Origin: Fidelibacterota bacterium TCS55
GTDB taxonomy: Bacteria > Fidelibacterota > Marinisomatia > Marinisomatales > TCS55
Direction: 5' to 3'
Assembly: GCA_905182385.1 (NCBI GenBank)
Contig: CAJJBS010000016.1
Coordinates: 1 to 57,820, forward strand
DNA: 57,820 nucleotides
Made by a program: the position numbers and the translations under genes. Positions 15,685 through 27,165 of this stretch are shown here, in pieces (the stretch's first letter is position 1; every line of letters starts with the position of its first letter). A model generated the notes under the pieces. It did not search any database, was not told the DNA's origin, and was given only the letters and a program-made list of their open reading frames with translations.

Positions 15685-16059
15685 TTAAGAACCTGTCTTT
15701 TCTAAACGAGCTCTTTGCTTAATTAGCGTAACCAATTCATAATTGCTTTTAGTGGGTTGCATTTGAAAACAAGTTTCTGCTTCTTTTAAAGCATAATCCC
15801 ACCAGCCTTTTTTAGTATACATTAACGAGAGGTTGTAGTGTGCTTGGCTAAGCGCTTGAAAATCATCTCTATCTAAACCTTGATGGATTTCTGGATATAA
15901 TCGAGTTACTTCTTTAAACTCTAGAATGGCTTCTTCAACGAGACCTTTTTGAGCATACCATTTACCTAGTTCTAAGTGTTGTTGCGGATCTTCTTTGCAG
16001 CCACTAAGAATAAGTGTTATAAATAAAAATATGAGACCTTTTGTAATACTATTCTTCAT
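15685..16059 (-). CDS. Small TPR-like lipoprotein
   Basis: 124 aa with a lipobox (ILSGC) and TPR-like helices (LGKWYAQKGLVEEAILEFKE.., YNLSLMYTKKGWWDYALKE). Confidence 0.6.
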   Translation of the reverse strand: MKNSITKGLIFLFITLILSGCKEDPQQHLELGKWYAQKGLVEEAILEFKEVTRLYPEIHQGLDRDDFQALSQAHYNLSLMYTKKGWWDYALKEAETCFQMQPTKSNYELVTLIKQRARLEKTGS

Positions 16060-16110
16060 TTTTAGTAAACAAAATTGCAGTTTGTATTGTCAAACTTCCA
16101 AGAGAAACAT

Positions 16111-17016
16111 TTACTTATTTGATTCTATTTTATTTTTAGATGAAAGCAAAAAAATTGCTACAAGAAGAATTATTGCTCCCAACCATTGAATAATAGACAT
16201 TACTCTACCATATATATACCAATCCATTGTTACTGCAGATAAAGGCCAAAATAGTTCATAAAGAGTCACATGAGAGGCCGGTAAATGATTTAGTCCATAA
16301 TAATAAATAAAGAGAGCTAGGGAGCCAGTGCTTAAAACAATAATAAATATATATTTCCAATTTTCTAAATTAAGCTGAAAGATTGTTTCTGCTTCACCCG
16401 TTGAAATAAGTATAAAGAACATTATTGTGCTAGTAACAGTTAAGCGTAAAGAAGTCACGGTTTTGAAGGATAGTTTATTTAATGCATGCTTCCCAAGTAC
16501 TGTCGAGCTTCCCCAGCTAAAAGCAGCGAGTAAAGATAGAAGAGCTGCAATAATTGTTTTGTCACTCCACTCATTTAAGGGTTGATTGCCAAAAGTAACA
16601 AAGTATCCTCCTATAATAGCTGCAACAGCTAAAACAAAAAAGCGTGTTGTTATTTTTTCTTTAAGAATTATTGCGGCCAAAGCTATAGCAAAAATAGGTT
16701 GGAATTTTTGCAAAAGAACTACAACGGAAAGATCAATATAATTTATATAGCTTAGAGCCTTTGTATAAAAAAAAGTACCTAATATTCCACCACAAACACT
16801 TATCCATAAGATAGAGATCCAACCGCGCTGATTGAGGGCTAAAATTTCTTTCCACCCTTTTAATAAAAGAGGAAAAAAGATTATAGCTCCAATTAAATGT
16901 TCTATCGCAACAATATGAAATGAGGGTAGCGCGTAAAGGTTTTGTCTTAGAACTCCATCGAAGCTCCAGAGTATAGCCGCGGAAATAACGGCTAATGCAG
17001 GTAAGTACTTTTTCAT
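16111..17016 (-). CDS. EamA/DMT-superfamily transporter
   Basis: 301 aa with about 10 TM segments arranged as two EamA-like halves. Confidence 0.8.
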   Translation of the reverse strand: MKKYLPALAVISAAILWSFDGVLRQNLYALPSFHIVAIEHLIGAIIFFPLLLKGWKEILALNQRGWISILWISVCGGILGTFFYTKALSYINYIDLSVVVLLQKFQPIFAIALAAIILKEKITTRFFVLAVAAIIGGYFVTFGNQPLNEWSDKTIIAALLSLLAAFSWGSSTVLGKHALNKLSFKTVTSLRLTVTSTIMFFILISTGEAETIFQLNLENWKYIFIIVLSTGSLALFIYYYGLNHLPASHVTLYELFWPLSAVTMDWYIYGRVMSIIQWLGAIILLVAIFLLSSKNKIESNK

Positions 17017-17027
17017 ATTTTAACTAG

Positions 17028-17585
17028 CTAAGCTCCCTCGTTAAAAGACGTGGTGCCAGAAGAATCGACTCCAAGAGACTGAAGGGAGAGGTTCCACATC
17101 TGTTTAACTGGAATATTGAAAATAAAAGCAGGAGAGGTCTCTTGAATAAGCCAGTCACCTTTTTGAATTTCGCTTTCTAGTTGACCAGCGCTCCAACCGG
17201 AATGACCTAAAAACAAACGTTTTTTTGTTGATTTCTTATTTCTGACCATTTCTGACAATATTTCTTTATCGCTAGATATAAAAAAATCATCTGAAATTTT
17301 AATTGATTTCTCTGAATATGCTTTTTCACTATGAAGTAAAATACCTCTCTCAACTAAAACAGGTCCACCCAAATAGACCTCGGAAATAGAATTTAAAATT
17401 TCAGATGATTTGTGATTAATATTATCATATAATTCTTTTAAATCATTTTTATTAAAGCACTTATTAATTATTAGCCCCATAGCTCCTTTTTTATCATGTT
17501 CGCACATGAAAATAACAGAGTTCCCAAACAGTTTATCGTTCATATGTGGCATAGAAATTAGGATATGATTAATAATAGAATTCAT
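17028..17585 (-). CDS. YqgE/AlgH family protein (UPF0301)
   Basis: 185 aa with a family-typical N-terminus (..MNDKLFGNSVIFMCEHDKKGAMGLIINK) and GHSGWSAGQLE. Confidence 0.85.
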   Translation of the reverse strand: MNSIINHILISMPHMNDKLFGNSVIFMCEHDKKGAMGLIINKCFNKNDLKELYDNINHKSSEILNSISEVYLGGPVLVERGILLHSEKAYSEKSIKISDDFFISSDKEILSEMVRNKKSTKKRLFLGHSGWSAGQLESEIQKGDWLIQETSPAFIFNIPVKQMWNLSLQSLGVDSSGTTSFNEGA

Positions 17586-17717
17586 ATCTAATGTTATGTA
17601 TTTGTGAGACTTAATACTATAAAAATTTATTAAAGATTCTGTAAATGGGTTTTTGAAAATGTATTAATTAAGTTGTAATTTTCCGGCTTGCCAAATTATC
17701 AATAAAAAACAATAATA

Positions 17718-20558
17718 ATGATGAAAAAATTAGATAAAATAATTATAAAAGGTGCTCGTCAACATAATCTGAAGAATATTGATGTTGAAATTATTAGAAA
17801 TAAGCTAGTAGTTATAACAGGCCTATCAGGTTCTGGGAAATCTTCACTCGCTTTTGATACTTTGTATGCTGAAGGTCAACGCAGATATGTTGAGTCACTT
17901 TCCTCCTATGCAAGGCAATTCTTAGGTCTAATGGAAAAACCTGACATGGATTATATTGAAGGGCTTTCACCGGCAATATCTATTGAACAAAAATCAGCAG
18001 CTAGAAACCCTAGATCGACCGTAGGCACGGTTACAGAAATACATGATTATTTAAGGTTATTATATGCACATGTTGGGAAACCGCATTGTTGGAAATGCGA
18101 TAAGCCCATTCAAAAGCAAACAGTTCAGCAAATTGTTGATACGATTCTAAAATTTGAGAAAGGATCCAAGATTTATGTTTTAGCTCCTTTAGTTCGAGGA
18201 CGAAAAGGCCAACATAAAGGTGTATTTGAAGAGGTAAGAAAAGAAGGTTTCCTTAGAGTTAGAGTTGATGGTTCAATTCAGCCACTTGATCAAAAGCTAA
18301 ATTTAGAAAAAAACAAAAAACATTCAATCGAAGTTGTAATTGATCGTCTAGTGTTAGATGGAGATTATTTAGAAAGGTTAACGGAGTCTGTTGAGTTGTC
18401 ATTAAAAATTGGTTCCGGCTTAACTATTATACATGAATTACCAAAAAACGATCATTTATTCAGTGAACATTTTGCCTGTCCTCATTGTGAAGTATCAATG
18501 GAGGAGATATCTCCAAGAATGTTTTCTTTTAACTCACCATACGGAGCTTGCCCTCATTGTGATGGGCTTGGTTCCCATATGGATATTGATCCAGATTTAG
18601 TTGTGCCGGATAAATCTAAATCCTTAATTCAAGGTGCAATTGCACCATTAGGAGAGCAACCAAGAGGAAATTGGTACGGAAGCATGCTTAAAAGTCTATC
18701 AAAATATTATAATTTTAAATTCACAACGCCTTGGTATAAGCTAGATACTGATATTAGAACTATTCTTCTAAAAGGAACTGGAAGCACAAAAGTAAAAATG
18801 GAATATTCATCGGAAAGGTGGAGTGGAACATATACGGGTGGATGGGAAGGTGCTATCCCAAATTTGATGAAACGATATAAACAAACTAAATCAAATCACA
18901 TTAGAAACTGGATAGAGCAATTTATGAGGATGAGAGCTTGTCCGAAATGTAATGGTTCTAGGTTAAAACCAGAGTCAAGAGCTGTGACTCTAAATAGTAA
19001 AAGTCTTGGTGAGATATCATCTTATTCAATAAAAAATATAAAAATATTTTTTAGTAATTTAAGTTTGGGTGTTAATGAAACTGCAATTGCAGAACAAATT
19101 TTAAAAGAAGTGCAAAAAAGATTGGCTTTTCTTGTTGATGTAGGACTTGATTACTTAACCTTAGACCGATCTGCAACTACTCTTTCTGGAGGTGAAGCTC
19201 AAAGAATTCGACTCGCAACTCAAATTGGAAGTCAATTAGTGGGAGTTCTTTACATTCTTGATGAGCCATCGATCGGTCTTCACCCTAGAGATAATAGTCG
19301 ACTATTAAATTCTTTAAAAAAATTAAGAGATCTTGGGAACTCAATAATTGTTGTTGAGCATGATCAAGAAACAATGGAATCTGCAGATCAACTAATTGAT
19401 ATAGGCCCAGGTGCCGGGGAACATGGGGGAAAAATTATTTTTTCTGGCCCTCCTCATAAAATTTTAGAATCTAAAGAATCAATCACGGGTCAATATTTAT
19501 CAGGTATTCGATCTATTCCAATCCCAGAAGAACGAAGACAGGGCAATGGTAAATTGCTATCTATTTCTGGTGCCTGTGGAAATAATTTGAAAGAAATTGA
19601 TGTAGACTTTCCTTTGGGTAAAATGATTGCTGTTACAGGAGTAAGTGGGTCAGGCAAAAGTACATTAGTAAATGAAACTATATTTCCAATTTTATCTAAA
19701 GAATTAAATAATGCTAGGGCTTATCCTCTCTCTTTTGATTCTGTTGAAGGGTTGAAGTATTTAGATAAAGTGATTGAAATTGATCAAAAACCAATTGGGC
19801 GAACACCTAGGTCAAATCCCGCTACCTATACAGGTGTCTTTACATTTATTAGAGATTTATTTTCTCAACTACCAGACTCAAAGATACGAGGCTATAAACC
19901 AGGTCGATTCTCATTTAATGTGAAGGGTGGTAGATGTGAGTCTTGCGAAGGCGATGGTATTATTAAAATTGAAATGAATTTTTTACCGGATGTTTATGTT
20001 ACTTGTGAAGTATGTAAAGGAAATAGATATAATAGAGACACATTAGAAATAAAATATAAAGGTAAAAATATTGCAGATATATTAAATATGTCAGTGGAAG
20101 AAGCGAGTGTATTTTTTAAAAATATTCCTCAGGTAATGAAAAAGCTAATTACATTGAATGATGTAGGCTTAGGTTATATTCGCCTTGGTCAGCAAGCGAC
20201 CACACTTTCTGGCGGAGAGGCACAAAGAATTAAGTTGGGGTCTGAATTATCTCGCGTTTCTAAAGATAGAACCTTTTATATTCTAGATGAACCAACAACT
20301 GGATTACACTTTGAAGATGTAAAGCTTCTTTTAGGAGTTCTTCAAAGATTAGTGGATAGAGGGCATACTGTAGTTGTAATTGAACATAATTTAGATGTCA
20401 TTAAAAGTTCTGATTGGGTAATAGATTTAGGGCCAGAAGGTGGTGAAGAGGGAGGAAAACTACTTTTTTCTGGAACTCCTGAAAATCTATTAAATTATAA
20501 AAGTTCTTACACGGGATCTTTTTTAAAAACATCAATGAATAATAAGCAGAGAAAATAA
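17718..20558 (+). CDS. uvrA: Excinuclease ABC subunit A
   Basis: 946 aa with two ABC modules (GLSGSGKSS and GVSGSGKST; LSGGEAQR twice) and zinc-module Cys pairs (CPHC..CPHC, CPKC, CESC..CEVC). Confidence 0.97.
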   Translation: MMKKLDKIIIKGARQHNLKNIDVEIIRNKLVVITGLSGSGKSSLAFDTLYAEGQRRYVESLSSYARQFLGLMEKPDMDYIEGLSPAISIEQKSAARNPRSTVGTVTEIHDYLRLLYAHVGKPHCWKCDKPIQKQTVQQIVDTILKFEKGSKIYVLAPLVRGRKGQHKGVFEEVRKEGFLRVRVDGSIQPLDQKLNLEKNKKHSIEVVIDRLVLDGDYLERLTESVELSLKIGSGLTIIHELPKNDHLFSEHFACPHCEVSMEEISPRMFSFNSPYGACPHCDGLGSHMDIDPDLVVPDKSKSLIQGAIAPLGEQPRGNWYGSMLKSLSKYYNFKFTTPWYKLDTDIRTILLKGTGSTKVKMEYSSERWSGTYTGGWEGAIPNLMKRYKQTKSNHIRNWIEQFMRMRACPKCNGSRLKPESRAVTLNSKSLGEISSYSIKNIKIFFSNLSLGVNETAIAEQILKEVQKRLAFLVDVGLDYLTLDRSATTLSGGEAQRIRLATQIGSQLVGVLYILDEPSIGLHPRDNSRLLNSLKKLRDLGNSIIVVEHDQETMESADQLIDIGPGAGEHGGKIIFSGPPHKILESKESITGQYLSGIRSIPIPEERRQGNGKLLSISGACGNNLKEIDVDFPLGKMIAVTGVSGSGKSTLVNETIFPILSKELNNARAYPLSFDSVEGLKYLDKVIEIDQKPIGRTPRSNPATYTGVFTFIRDLFSQLPDSKIRGYKPGRFSFNVKGGRCESCEGDGIIKIEMNFLPDVYVTCEVCKGNRYNRDTLEIKYKGKNIADILNMSVEEASVFFKNIPQVMKKLITLNDVGLGYIRLGQQATTLSGGEAQRIKLGSELSRVSKDRTFYILDEPTTGLHFEDVKLLLGVLQRLVDRGHTVVVIEHNLDVIKSSDWVIDLGPEGGEEGGKLLFSGTPENLLNYKSSYTGSFLKTSMNNKQRK

Positions 20559-22879
20559 TGGAATCGCCAAAAAATTTAAAACAATATTATCCTTATTGGG
20601 AAATCATAAAAGATATTATAGACCAATCGATTGATATAATGTTAAACCTTCGTCAATCAGGACATCCTGGAGGATCTAGGTCAAAAGTTCATGGAATGGT
20701 TACTACCTTGCTATCTGGTGCAATGCGATGGGATATCCGTGATGCAGGAAAAAGATTTTCAGACAGGTATGTTCTTGTTGCGGGCCATGCAAACCCAGTT
20801 GTTTATGCTACTTTAGCTGTTTTTAATGAAGCTTTAAGAATAAAGTATAAACAGACTAAGGACCCTAAATATCTTCATTTTAAAGGAAAAGATTTTCAAT
20901 TAACTTGGGAAGACCTCCTTACTCTTCGTAACAAGGGTGGACTTCCAGGCCATGCAGAAATGGAAGGAAAAACATTATTTTTCAAATTTAATACAGGACC
21001 AAGTGGGCATGGTTCTCCTCCAGCAGCAGGAGAAGCTTTAGCCTTAAAATTGGCAAAGGCATCTGAGGTGAAAGTGTTTGCTTTTGAAGGTGAAGGTGGC
21101 TTTACAACTGGGGCATCCCACGAAACTATGAATTCAGCTTGGGGGCTTGGCCTTGGAAACCTAGTCTACTTTATGGACTGGAATGATTTTGGCATAGATG
21201 CAAGACCATTTAGCTCTATTGTTTATGGAACACCGCAAGATTGGTTTGGCTCACATGGTTGGCATGTTGAGGGCACTATGAATGGGGAAAACTGGAGTGA
21301 TTTAACTGACGCTTATTATAGACTGCTTATAGAGAAAACTGACCCTAACATACCTAAGATTATTTATTCCAAAACCACAAAGGGAAGAGGTTACCATAAA
21401 ATTGATTATGCCAGTCATGGAGCAGCGCATAAAAGAAATTCGGAATTATTTTGGCAAACAAAAAAAGATTTTTCAGAAAAATACAATATTGATTTTAATA
21501 AATTTGGAGAGGAGCAAGCAAAATCAAAAGAAGGCCAGATAGACCAAGCTATATCATATTTTGATTCAGTTTTCTCAATAATGAACTCCAACCAAGGTTT
21601 AGTAGACTATCTGGCCGACACGCTTATTTCTTTGGGAGACTCAGTGCCAACCAAAATTGACGATTGTAAAATAACAGTTAAAAATCCATCAAAAGATAAA
21701 AAAATATTTGATGTTAGTAGCTTACCTGATGATTTATTTGTTTCGCCTGGAGAAAAAGCACCAAATAGAGTTGGTTTTTCAAAGTACGCTAGTTATATCA
21801 ATACAATATCAATTAAGAAGTATGGTAGACCTTTGGTGATAGCAATGAGCGCAGATCTTGCAGATTCAACTAATATATCTGGTTTTGCTAAAGAGTATGG
21901 TGGGTCTGAAGATATGGGTTTATATGATAAAACTAAGAACCTCAATAGCCCTCTAATGCCACAAGGGATTACGGAGTTTACAAATTCGGGTATGTTAGCG
22001 GGGTTGGCTACAGTCAATTTTAACGAGGATCCTTATGAAGAATTTAATGGCTTCTATGGTGCAATGAGCACATATGGGTCCTTTTCTTATTTAAAATATG
22101 GCCCAATTCGCTTATTTAGTCAAATTGCTCAAGATTCAGATTTAAAAGTTGGAAAATTAATTTGGGTTGCTGGTCATTCTGGACCAGAAACTGCTGAAGA
22201 TAGTCGAACTCATTTTGGCATATTTGCTCCAGGAGTTACTCAATTGTTTCCCGATGGACATATTATTAATTTACATCCATGGGAGCACAATGAAGTTGCA
22301 CCATCTCTTGCTGCAGCAATGTCAACAGACGTTCCTATAGTTGCATTGCATTTAACACGCCCTCCTGTTATTATACCAGACCGAAAAACTCTAGGAATGG
22401 CTTCTTATAAAGAAGCCGCTAAAGGCGCATATATTATTAAGGACTATGATGAAAATAGGCCATTAGAAGGAGTGGTTATTATTAGAGGGACAAGCTCAAC
22501 AAACTCTTTAGTCTCCATTTTACCAAAGATAATAAATAAAGGACCAAATATAAAAATAGTTGCAGCTATTTCATGGGGCTTATTTATGGCGCAAAGTAAA
22601 AAATATCGTGAGTCTGTCGTATCTGAAAATGAGTGGATGGATGCTATGATTATAACAAATGGAGCTATTAGATTAATGCATAAATGGATAGCGAATCGAA
22701 TTGTTGAAGAATATAGCATGAGTCCTGATTTTGATAATCAATGGAGAACAGGAGGATCTCTTGATGAAATTATTGCTGAATCTAAATTAGATGCAGAAAG
22801 CATTTGGAATGGTATTTTAAAATTTACGACTGAGCGTTCAAAAAGATTAGAAGCTCTTCGTATCTCTATTCCACAATAA
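20558..22879 (+). CDS. Long, divergent transketolase-family ThDP enzyme
   Basis: 773 aa. Motifs: SGHPGGSRS, VAGHANP, LPGHAE, a ThDP motif variant GEGG..(N)DFGID, GITEF in the Pyr domain, and AGHSGPETAEDSRTHF. A segment of about 100 aa sits between the PP and Pyr domains. The start overlaps the uvrA stop by 1 nt. Confidence 0.7.
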   Translation: MESPKNLKQYYPYWEIIKDIIDQSIDIMLNLRQSGHPGGSRSKVHGMVTTLLSGAMRWDIRDAGKRFSDRYVLVAGHANPVVYATLAVFNEALRIKYKQTKDPKYLHFKGKDFQLTWEDLLTLRNKGGLPGHAEMEGKTLFFKFNTGPSGHGSPPAAGEALALKLAKASEVKVFAFEGEGGFTTGASHETMNSAWGLGLGNLVYFMDWNDFGIDARPFSSIVYGTPQDWFGSHGWHVEGTMNGENWSDLTDAYYRLLIEKTDPNIPKIIYSKTTKGRGYHKIDYASHGAAHKRNSELFWQTKKDFSEKYNIDFNKFGEEQAKSKEGQIDQAISYFDSVFSIMNSNQGLVDYLADTLISLGDSVPTKIDDCKITVKNPSKDKKIFDVSSLPDDLFVSPGEKAPNRVGFSKYASYINTISIKKYGRPLVIAMSADLADSTNISGFAKEYGGSEDMGLYDKTKNLNSPLMPQGITEFTNSGMLAGLATVNFNEDPYEEFNGFYGAMSTYGSFSYLKYGPIRLFSQIAQDSDLKVGKLIWVAGHSGPETAEDSRTHFGIFAPGVTQLFPDGHIINLHPWEHNEVAPSLAAAMSTDVPIVALHLTRPPVIIPDRKTLGMASYKEAAKGAYIIKDYDENRPLEGVVIIRGTSSTNSLVSILPKIINKGPNIKIVAAISWGLFMAQSKKYRESVVSENEWMDAMIITNGAIRLMHKWIANRIVEEYSMSPDFDNQWRTGGSLDEIIAESKLDAESIWNGILKFTTERSKRLEALRISIPQ

Positions 22880-22965
22880 ATAGTCCAAAATTTGACGACC
22901 CCCCATTCATTTTTGTATCTTCCAACCTCAATAATGATCTATTTATTTTATTTTAAGTTAAACAT

Positions 22966-23988
22966 ATGACAGAAATACATATAAATGACCCGCAACCTTT
23001 CGATGATGATTTAGTTGTTGAAAAATCATTGCGGCCAAATCAAATGGATGAATTCATTGGGCAGAAAGAAGTTGTGGATAGTCTAAAATTATATATTGAA
23101 GCAGCCAATAATCGAAATGAAGCATTGGACCATGTTCTTTTATTTGGTCCTCCAGGCTTAGGCAAAACAACCCTTTCTCATATTATTGCAAAAGAATTAG
23201 GCGTTAGTTTAAAACAAACATCGGGACCAGTGCTTGATAGAGCGGGTGATTTAGCAGGGCTTTTAACAAACCTCCAAGGTAAAGATGTCTTCTTTGTTGA
23301 TGAGATTCATAGGCTTAATTCTGTAGTGGAGGAATATCTTTATTCAGCAATGGAAGATTATCGAATTGAAATAATGATTGACAAAGGCCCAAGTGCTAGA
23401 ACAGTACAGTTAAATATAGAACCCTTTACATTAGTTGGCGCAACAACACGGCTTGGGAACCTAACTTCCCCTCTAAGAGATAGATTTGGTGTTATTTTGC
23501 GTGTAGATTACTATGACCCAAAAGACCTTTTTCATATTTTAGTGAGGTCTGCAAAAATATTAGAAGTTGAAATAGATGATTCCGGAGCTATGGAACTTGC
23601 AAAACGATCTCGAGGCACACCAAGAATTGCAAATAGAATTTTGAGAAGAACGCGAGATTTTGCACAAGTTAAAGCGGATGGAAAAATTGATGAAACTGTT
23701 GCTAAGGCATCACTTAAATCATTAGGAATTGATTTATTTGGGCTTGATGATATGGATCGAGCTATTTTAACAGCAATAATTGATAAATTCAATGGAGGCC
23801 CTGTTGGTGTGAATTCACTATCTGTTGCGGTAAGCGAAGATTCTGCAACCATTGAAGATGTCTATGAACCATATTTAATTAAAGAAGGCTTTATCCAGCG
23901 AACCAATCGAGGCCGAATTGCTCAGAAGCTAGCCTATAAATTGCTGGGTAGAACAATTACTGAAAAACAACAAAGGTTATTTGAATGA
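22966..23988 (+). CDS. ruvB: Holliday junction branch-migration helicase RuvB
   Basis: 340 aa with Walker [10 protein letters not shown], Walker B VDEIHRL and RGTPRIANR. Confidence 0.97.
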   Translation: MTEIHINDPQPFDDDLVVEKSLRPNQMDEFIGQKEVVDSLKLYIEAANNRNEALDHVLLFGPPGLGKTTLSHIIAKELGVSLKQTSGPVLDRAGDLAGLLTNLQGKDVFFVDEIHRLNSVVEEYLYSAMEDYRIEIMIDKGPSARTVQLNIEPFTLVGATTRLGNLTSPLRDRFGVILRVDYYDPKDLFHILVRSAKILEVEIDDSGAMELAKRSRGTPRIANRILRRTRDFAQVKADGKIDETVAKASLKSLGIDLFGLDDMDRAILTAIIDKFNGGPVGVNSLSVAVSEDSATIEDVYEPYLIKEGFIQRTNRGRIAQKLAYKLLGRTITEKQQRLFE

Positions 23989-25037
23989 TTGAAAAGAAAA
24001 AAAAATGGAAACTCGCAGATTTTGATTATCCGCTTCCTGAAAAGTATATTGCACAATATCCGGCAAAAAGACGTGATTTATCTAAACTCATGGTTATTCA
24101 TAAAGAGACAGGAGAGATTGAACATAAAATATTTTCTAACTTACCTGAATATTTAAAAAAGAATGATCTTGTAATAACAAATAATACGAAAGTATTTCCA
24201 GCAAGACTTTATGCTAGCAAAGATCGTACGGAAGCAAAAGTTGAGGTCTTTTTACTTCGAGAATTAGAAAATGACCTTTGGGAAGTTATGGTTCGCCCAG
24301 CAAGAAAAGTTCGAATTGGTAATAAGCTAATGTTTACTAAAGATGTGTATTGTGATGTTATTGACAATACTATTTCTGGTGGGCGCGTAGTAAGGTTTGA
24401 GTATGAAGGGCAAAATATTTATGATGTTATAGATAAAGTTGGTATATCACCTCTCCCACCTTATATAAAAAGAGAATCTGAACCAAAAGATAAAATTAGA
24501 TATCAAACTGTTTTTGCTGAAAGAAGAGGTGCGGTTGCAGCTCCTACTGCAGGACTTCATTTTACTGAAAACCTAATTAATAGACTTCATGAAAAAGGAG
24601 TAAAAACTGCACATACTACCTTACATATTGGCCTTGGTACTTTTCGTCCAGTTCAAGTTGAAGACCTAAATCGGCATCAAATGGATTCTGAATATTTTGA
24701 GATAGATCCAAAAACAGCTATTGCCATTAATGAAACAAAGAAAAAACGTAAAAAGGTAATTGCCGTAGGGACTTCAAGTGTAAGGTCTTTAGAAACAGTA
24801 GCTGTGTCTGGCTTTCAGGTCTCGCCAAAAAGAGGTTGGACTGATAAATTTATTTATCCACCATATGATTTTAAAATGGTTGATGGGTTGATCACAAATT
24901 TTCATCAGCCAAAGAGCACACTTTTGATGATGGTTTCGGCGTTTGCAGATCCAGACTTAATAAAAAAAGCTTACAGAGAAGCAAAGAAAAATAAATATCG
25001 TTTTTTGAGTTATGGCGATGCTATGCTAATTATTTAA
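23985..25037 (+). CDS. queA: S-adenosylmethionine:tRNA ribosyltransferase-isomerase
   Basis: 350 aa with [22 protein letters not shown] and LSYGDAMLI. It overlaps ruvB through an ATGA junction. Confidence 0.95.
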   Translation: MIEKKKKWKLADFDYPLPEKYIAQYPAKRRDLSKLMVIHKETGEIEHKIFSNLPEYLKKNDLVITNNTKVFPARLYASKDRTEAKVEVFLLRELENDLWEVMVRPARKVRIGNKLMFTKDVYCDVIDNTISGGRVVRFEYEGQNIYDVIDKVGISPLPPYIKRESEPKDKIRYQTVFAERRGAVAAPTAGLHFTENLINRLHEKGVKTAHTTLHIGLGTFRPVQVEDLNRHQMDSEYFEIDPKTAIAINETKKKRKKVIAVGTSSVRSLETVAVSGFQVSPKRGWTDKFIYPPYDFKMVDGLITNFHQPKSTLLMMVSAFADPDLIKKAYREAKKNKYRFLSYGDAMLII

Positions 25038-25059
25038 TAACTTAAAGTAAAATTATTAA

Positions 25060-25740
25060 ATGAAAATAACTGCTATTATCCCTGCAGCTGGAGCTGGTGA
25101 GAGATTTGGAGAAAAAAAGCAGCTTAAACTACTTAATGGTCGACCATTAATATTTCATACTATTCAGCCTTTTATTAATTCTGAGCTAATAAATGAAATT
25201 ATAGTTGTTGTTCCAAAAGAGAATGTCAATCAAGTAGGCCGCGAATTTAAATCTACACTTACATCAAAAAAAATTGAAGTTATCTCTGGAGGTAAAACAA
25301 GACAACAATCTGTTAATAATGGATTAAAAATGTCTAACAAAGAATCGGAGCTAATTTGTATTCATGATGGAGTAAGGCCATTTTTAACAGTAACGTTAAT
25401 TGAAAAAGTAATAAAAGCAGCTATTGGGCATGATGGTGCAATTTTAGCTACCCCATCATCAGACACAATTAAAAGAGTACTGGGAAATCAAATCCTAGAA
25501 ACACTTCCAAGGGAAGAAATTTGGAGAGCTCAAACACCTCAAGTCTTTTTAAAGTCTGCACTTGAAGAAGCAATTGAAATTGCTATTGATGAAAACTTAG
25601 AAGGTACAGATGAAGCCTCAATCTTAGAGAAAATTGGCTATCAGATTGGATTTATTGAGGGCTCATCTTTAAATATAAAAATTACTACAAAAGAAGATTG
25701 GATTTTTGCGAAAGCAATCTATAACGAATTAAATGATTAA
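25060..25740 (+). CDS. ispD: 2-C-methyl-D-erythritol 4-phosphate cytidylyltransferase
   Basis: 226 aa with IIPAAGAGERFG, IHDGVRPF and a RAQTPQ-type motif. Confidence 0.9.
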   Translation: MKITAIIPAAGAGERFGEKKQLKLLNGRPLIFHTIQPFINSELINEIIVVVPKENVNQVGREFKSTLTSKKIEVISGGKTRQQSVNNGLKMSNKESELICIHDGVRPFLTVTLIEKVIKAAIGHDGAILATPSSDTIKRVLGNQILETLPREEIWRAQTPQVFLKSALEEAIEIAIDENLEGTDEASILEKIGYQIGFIEGSSLNIKITTKEDWIFAKAIYNELND

Positions 25741-26209
25741 AGTTGGAATAGGTTATGATGCACATCAGCTTGCAAAAGGAGAGACCTTTATAATTGGAGG
25801 AATTGAAATTCCATATGAATATGGATCTGTTGGTCATTCAGATGGCGATGTATTAATTCATGCAATAATAGACTCCCTTTTAGGGGCCGCAAACCTTGGC
25901 GATATTGGACAGCTTTTTCCAAGCAGTGAAAAAAAATGGAAAGATTTTAACAGTTTAAGTCTTCTAGATATTTCTAACAGTAGATTAATATCTAAAGGCT
26001 ATGAAATTGTACATATTGATTCAATAGTTATTCTCCAAGAGCCCATGATATCAGAGTTTATACCTAAAATGAAAAATAAAATTTCTAAAATATTAGCTCT
26101 AGAATTATCTCAAATATCAATTAAAGCTACAACCACTGATCACCTTGGATACATAGGTGAATCAAAAGGGTTAGCTGCACAAAGTATATCAACAATTCAA
26201 AATAAATAA
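25733..26209 (+). CDS. ispF: 2-C-methyl-D-erythritol 2,4-cyclodiphosphate synthase
   Basis: 158 aa with GIGYDAHQL and GHSDGDVLIHA. It overlaps ispD by 8 nt. Confidence 0.95.
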   Translation: MIKVGIGYDAHQLAKGETFIIGGIEIPYEYGSVGHSDGDVLIHAIIDSLLGAANLGDIGQLFPSSEKKWKDFNSLSLLDISNSRLISKGYEIVHIDSIVILQEPMISEFIPKMKNKISKILALELSQISIKATTTDHLGYIGESKGLAAQSISTIQNK

Positions 26210-26211
26210 AG

Positions 26212-27063
26212 ATGGAGCTTATTTGTCCATCATACAGCAAAGTTAATATTGGATTAAAAGTACTAAACCGAAGACATGATGGTTATCATAATATATATAC
26301 CATCTTTCAAGAATTAAACTTTGGTGATTCAATCTATATTAAAAAAAGAGACTACGGTTGTAAAATTATTTCTAATGTTGATTGGATACCTACGGATAAG
26401 TCAAACCTTTGTTTCAAAGCTTATAATGAAATAAAAAAAGAGTTTTCTAGAGTAGAAGGAATTCAAATTCAAATTAATAAAAAAATTCCTATTGGAAGCG
26501 GTTTAGGCGGTGGCTCAGCAAATGCGGCGGCAGTATTGAAAGGAATTAAAAATATATATAAACTTAACGCAAATGAAAGTAAACTTGAAGAAATTGGTGG
26601 CAAGATAGGCGCAGATGTACCTTTTTTTATTAGAGGAAAAACCCAACTAGGAGAAGGGGTTGGAGATAAGTTAACACAGCTGCCAAAAGCCTTGATTGGA
26701 ACATATTTATTAGTAATTCCTAAAATTTTTATAAGTACAAAATGGGCATATTCCGTAATTAAAAATAAATTGAATGATCAAAATAAAAAAGCTAAGTTCT
26801 CAAGCTTTTTAAATGAAGATTATTCTTCATTACAGATTTTTGAGAATGATTTTGAACAAATTGTGATTCCAGCATATCCTGAGATTGGTGCTATTAAGAT
26901 TAAGTTGCTTAAGTTAGGTGCCCGGTTTTCCAGTCTGTCGGGCAGTGGCTCGACTGTGTATGGAGTTTTTGACGATGAAGCTTCCGCTAAAGAAGCTGAG
27001 TTATTATTCAACTCTTCACATCAAACTTTTCTGGCAAAACCCACTCAACAGTTAAATACTTGA
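26212..27063 (+). CDS. ispE: 4-diphosphocytidyl-2-C-methyl-D-erythritol kinase
   Basis: 283 aa with the GHMP kinase loop PIGSGLGGGSANAAA and KVNIGLKV near the N-terminus. Confidence 0.9.
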   Translation: MELICPSYSKVNIGLKVLNRRHDGYHNIYTIFQELNFGDSIYIKKRDYGCKIISNVDWIPTDKSNLCFKAYNEIKKEFSRVEGIQIQINKKIPIGSGLGGGSANAAAVLKGIKNIYKLNANESKLEEIGGKIGADVPFFIRGKTQLGEGVGDKLTQLPKALIGTYLLVIPKIFISTKWAYSVIKNKLNDQNKKAKFSSFLNEDYSSLQIFENDFEQIVIPAYPEIGAIKIKLLKLGARFSSLSGSGSTVYGVFDDEASAKEAELLFNSSHQTFLAKPTQQLNT

Positions 27064-27083
27064 ATCATATTTAAAATTATTTT

Positions 27084-27154
27084 TGGGGCGTCGTCTAATG
27101 GTAGGACACCTGGTTTTGGTCCAGGCAGTAGGGGTTCGACTCCCTTCGCCCCAG
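27084..27154 (+). tRNA. tRNA-Gln (anticodon UUG)
   Basis: Hand-folded cloverleaf: acceptor TGGGGCG/CGCCCCA, D stem GTCT/GGAC, anticodon stem CCTGG/CCAGG with loop TTTTGGT, and T arm AGGGG-TTCGACT-CCCTT. No CCA is encoded. Confidence 0.9.
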
Positions 27155-27165
27155 CAAAAAAGACT

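Noticed and set aside
17586-17717. An SOS (LexA) box upstream of uvrA.
   Set aside because: I found neither CTGT-N8-ACAG nor GAAC-N4-GTTC type palindromes in the 132-nt intergenic region.
21793-23852. Track ORFs 21793-2017(-) region, that is 21793-22017(-), plus 22444-22719(-) and 23532-23852(-).
   Set aside because: They are antisense to the transketolase-like gene and to ruvB. Their composition is typical of reverse-frame translation of a real gene.
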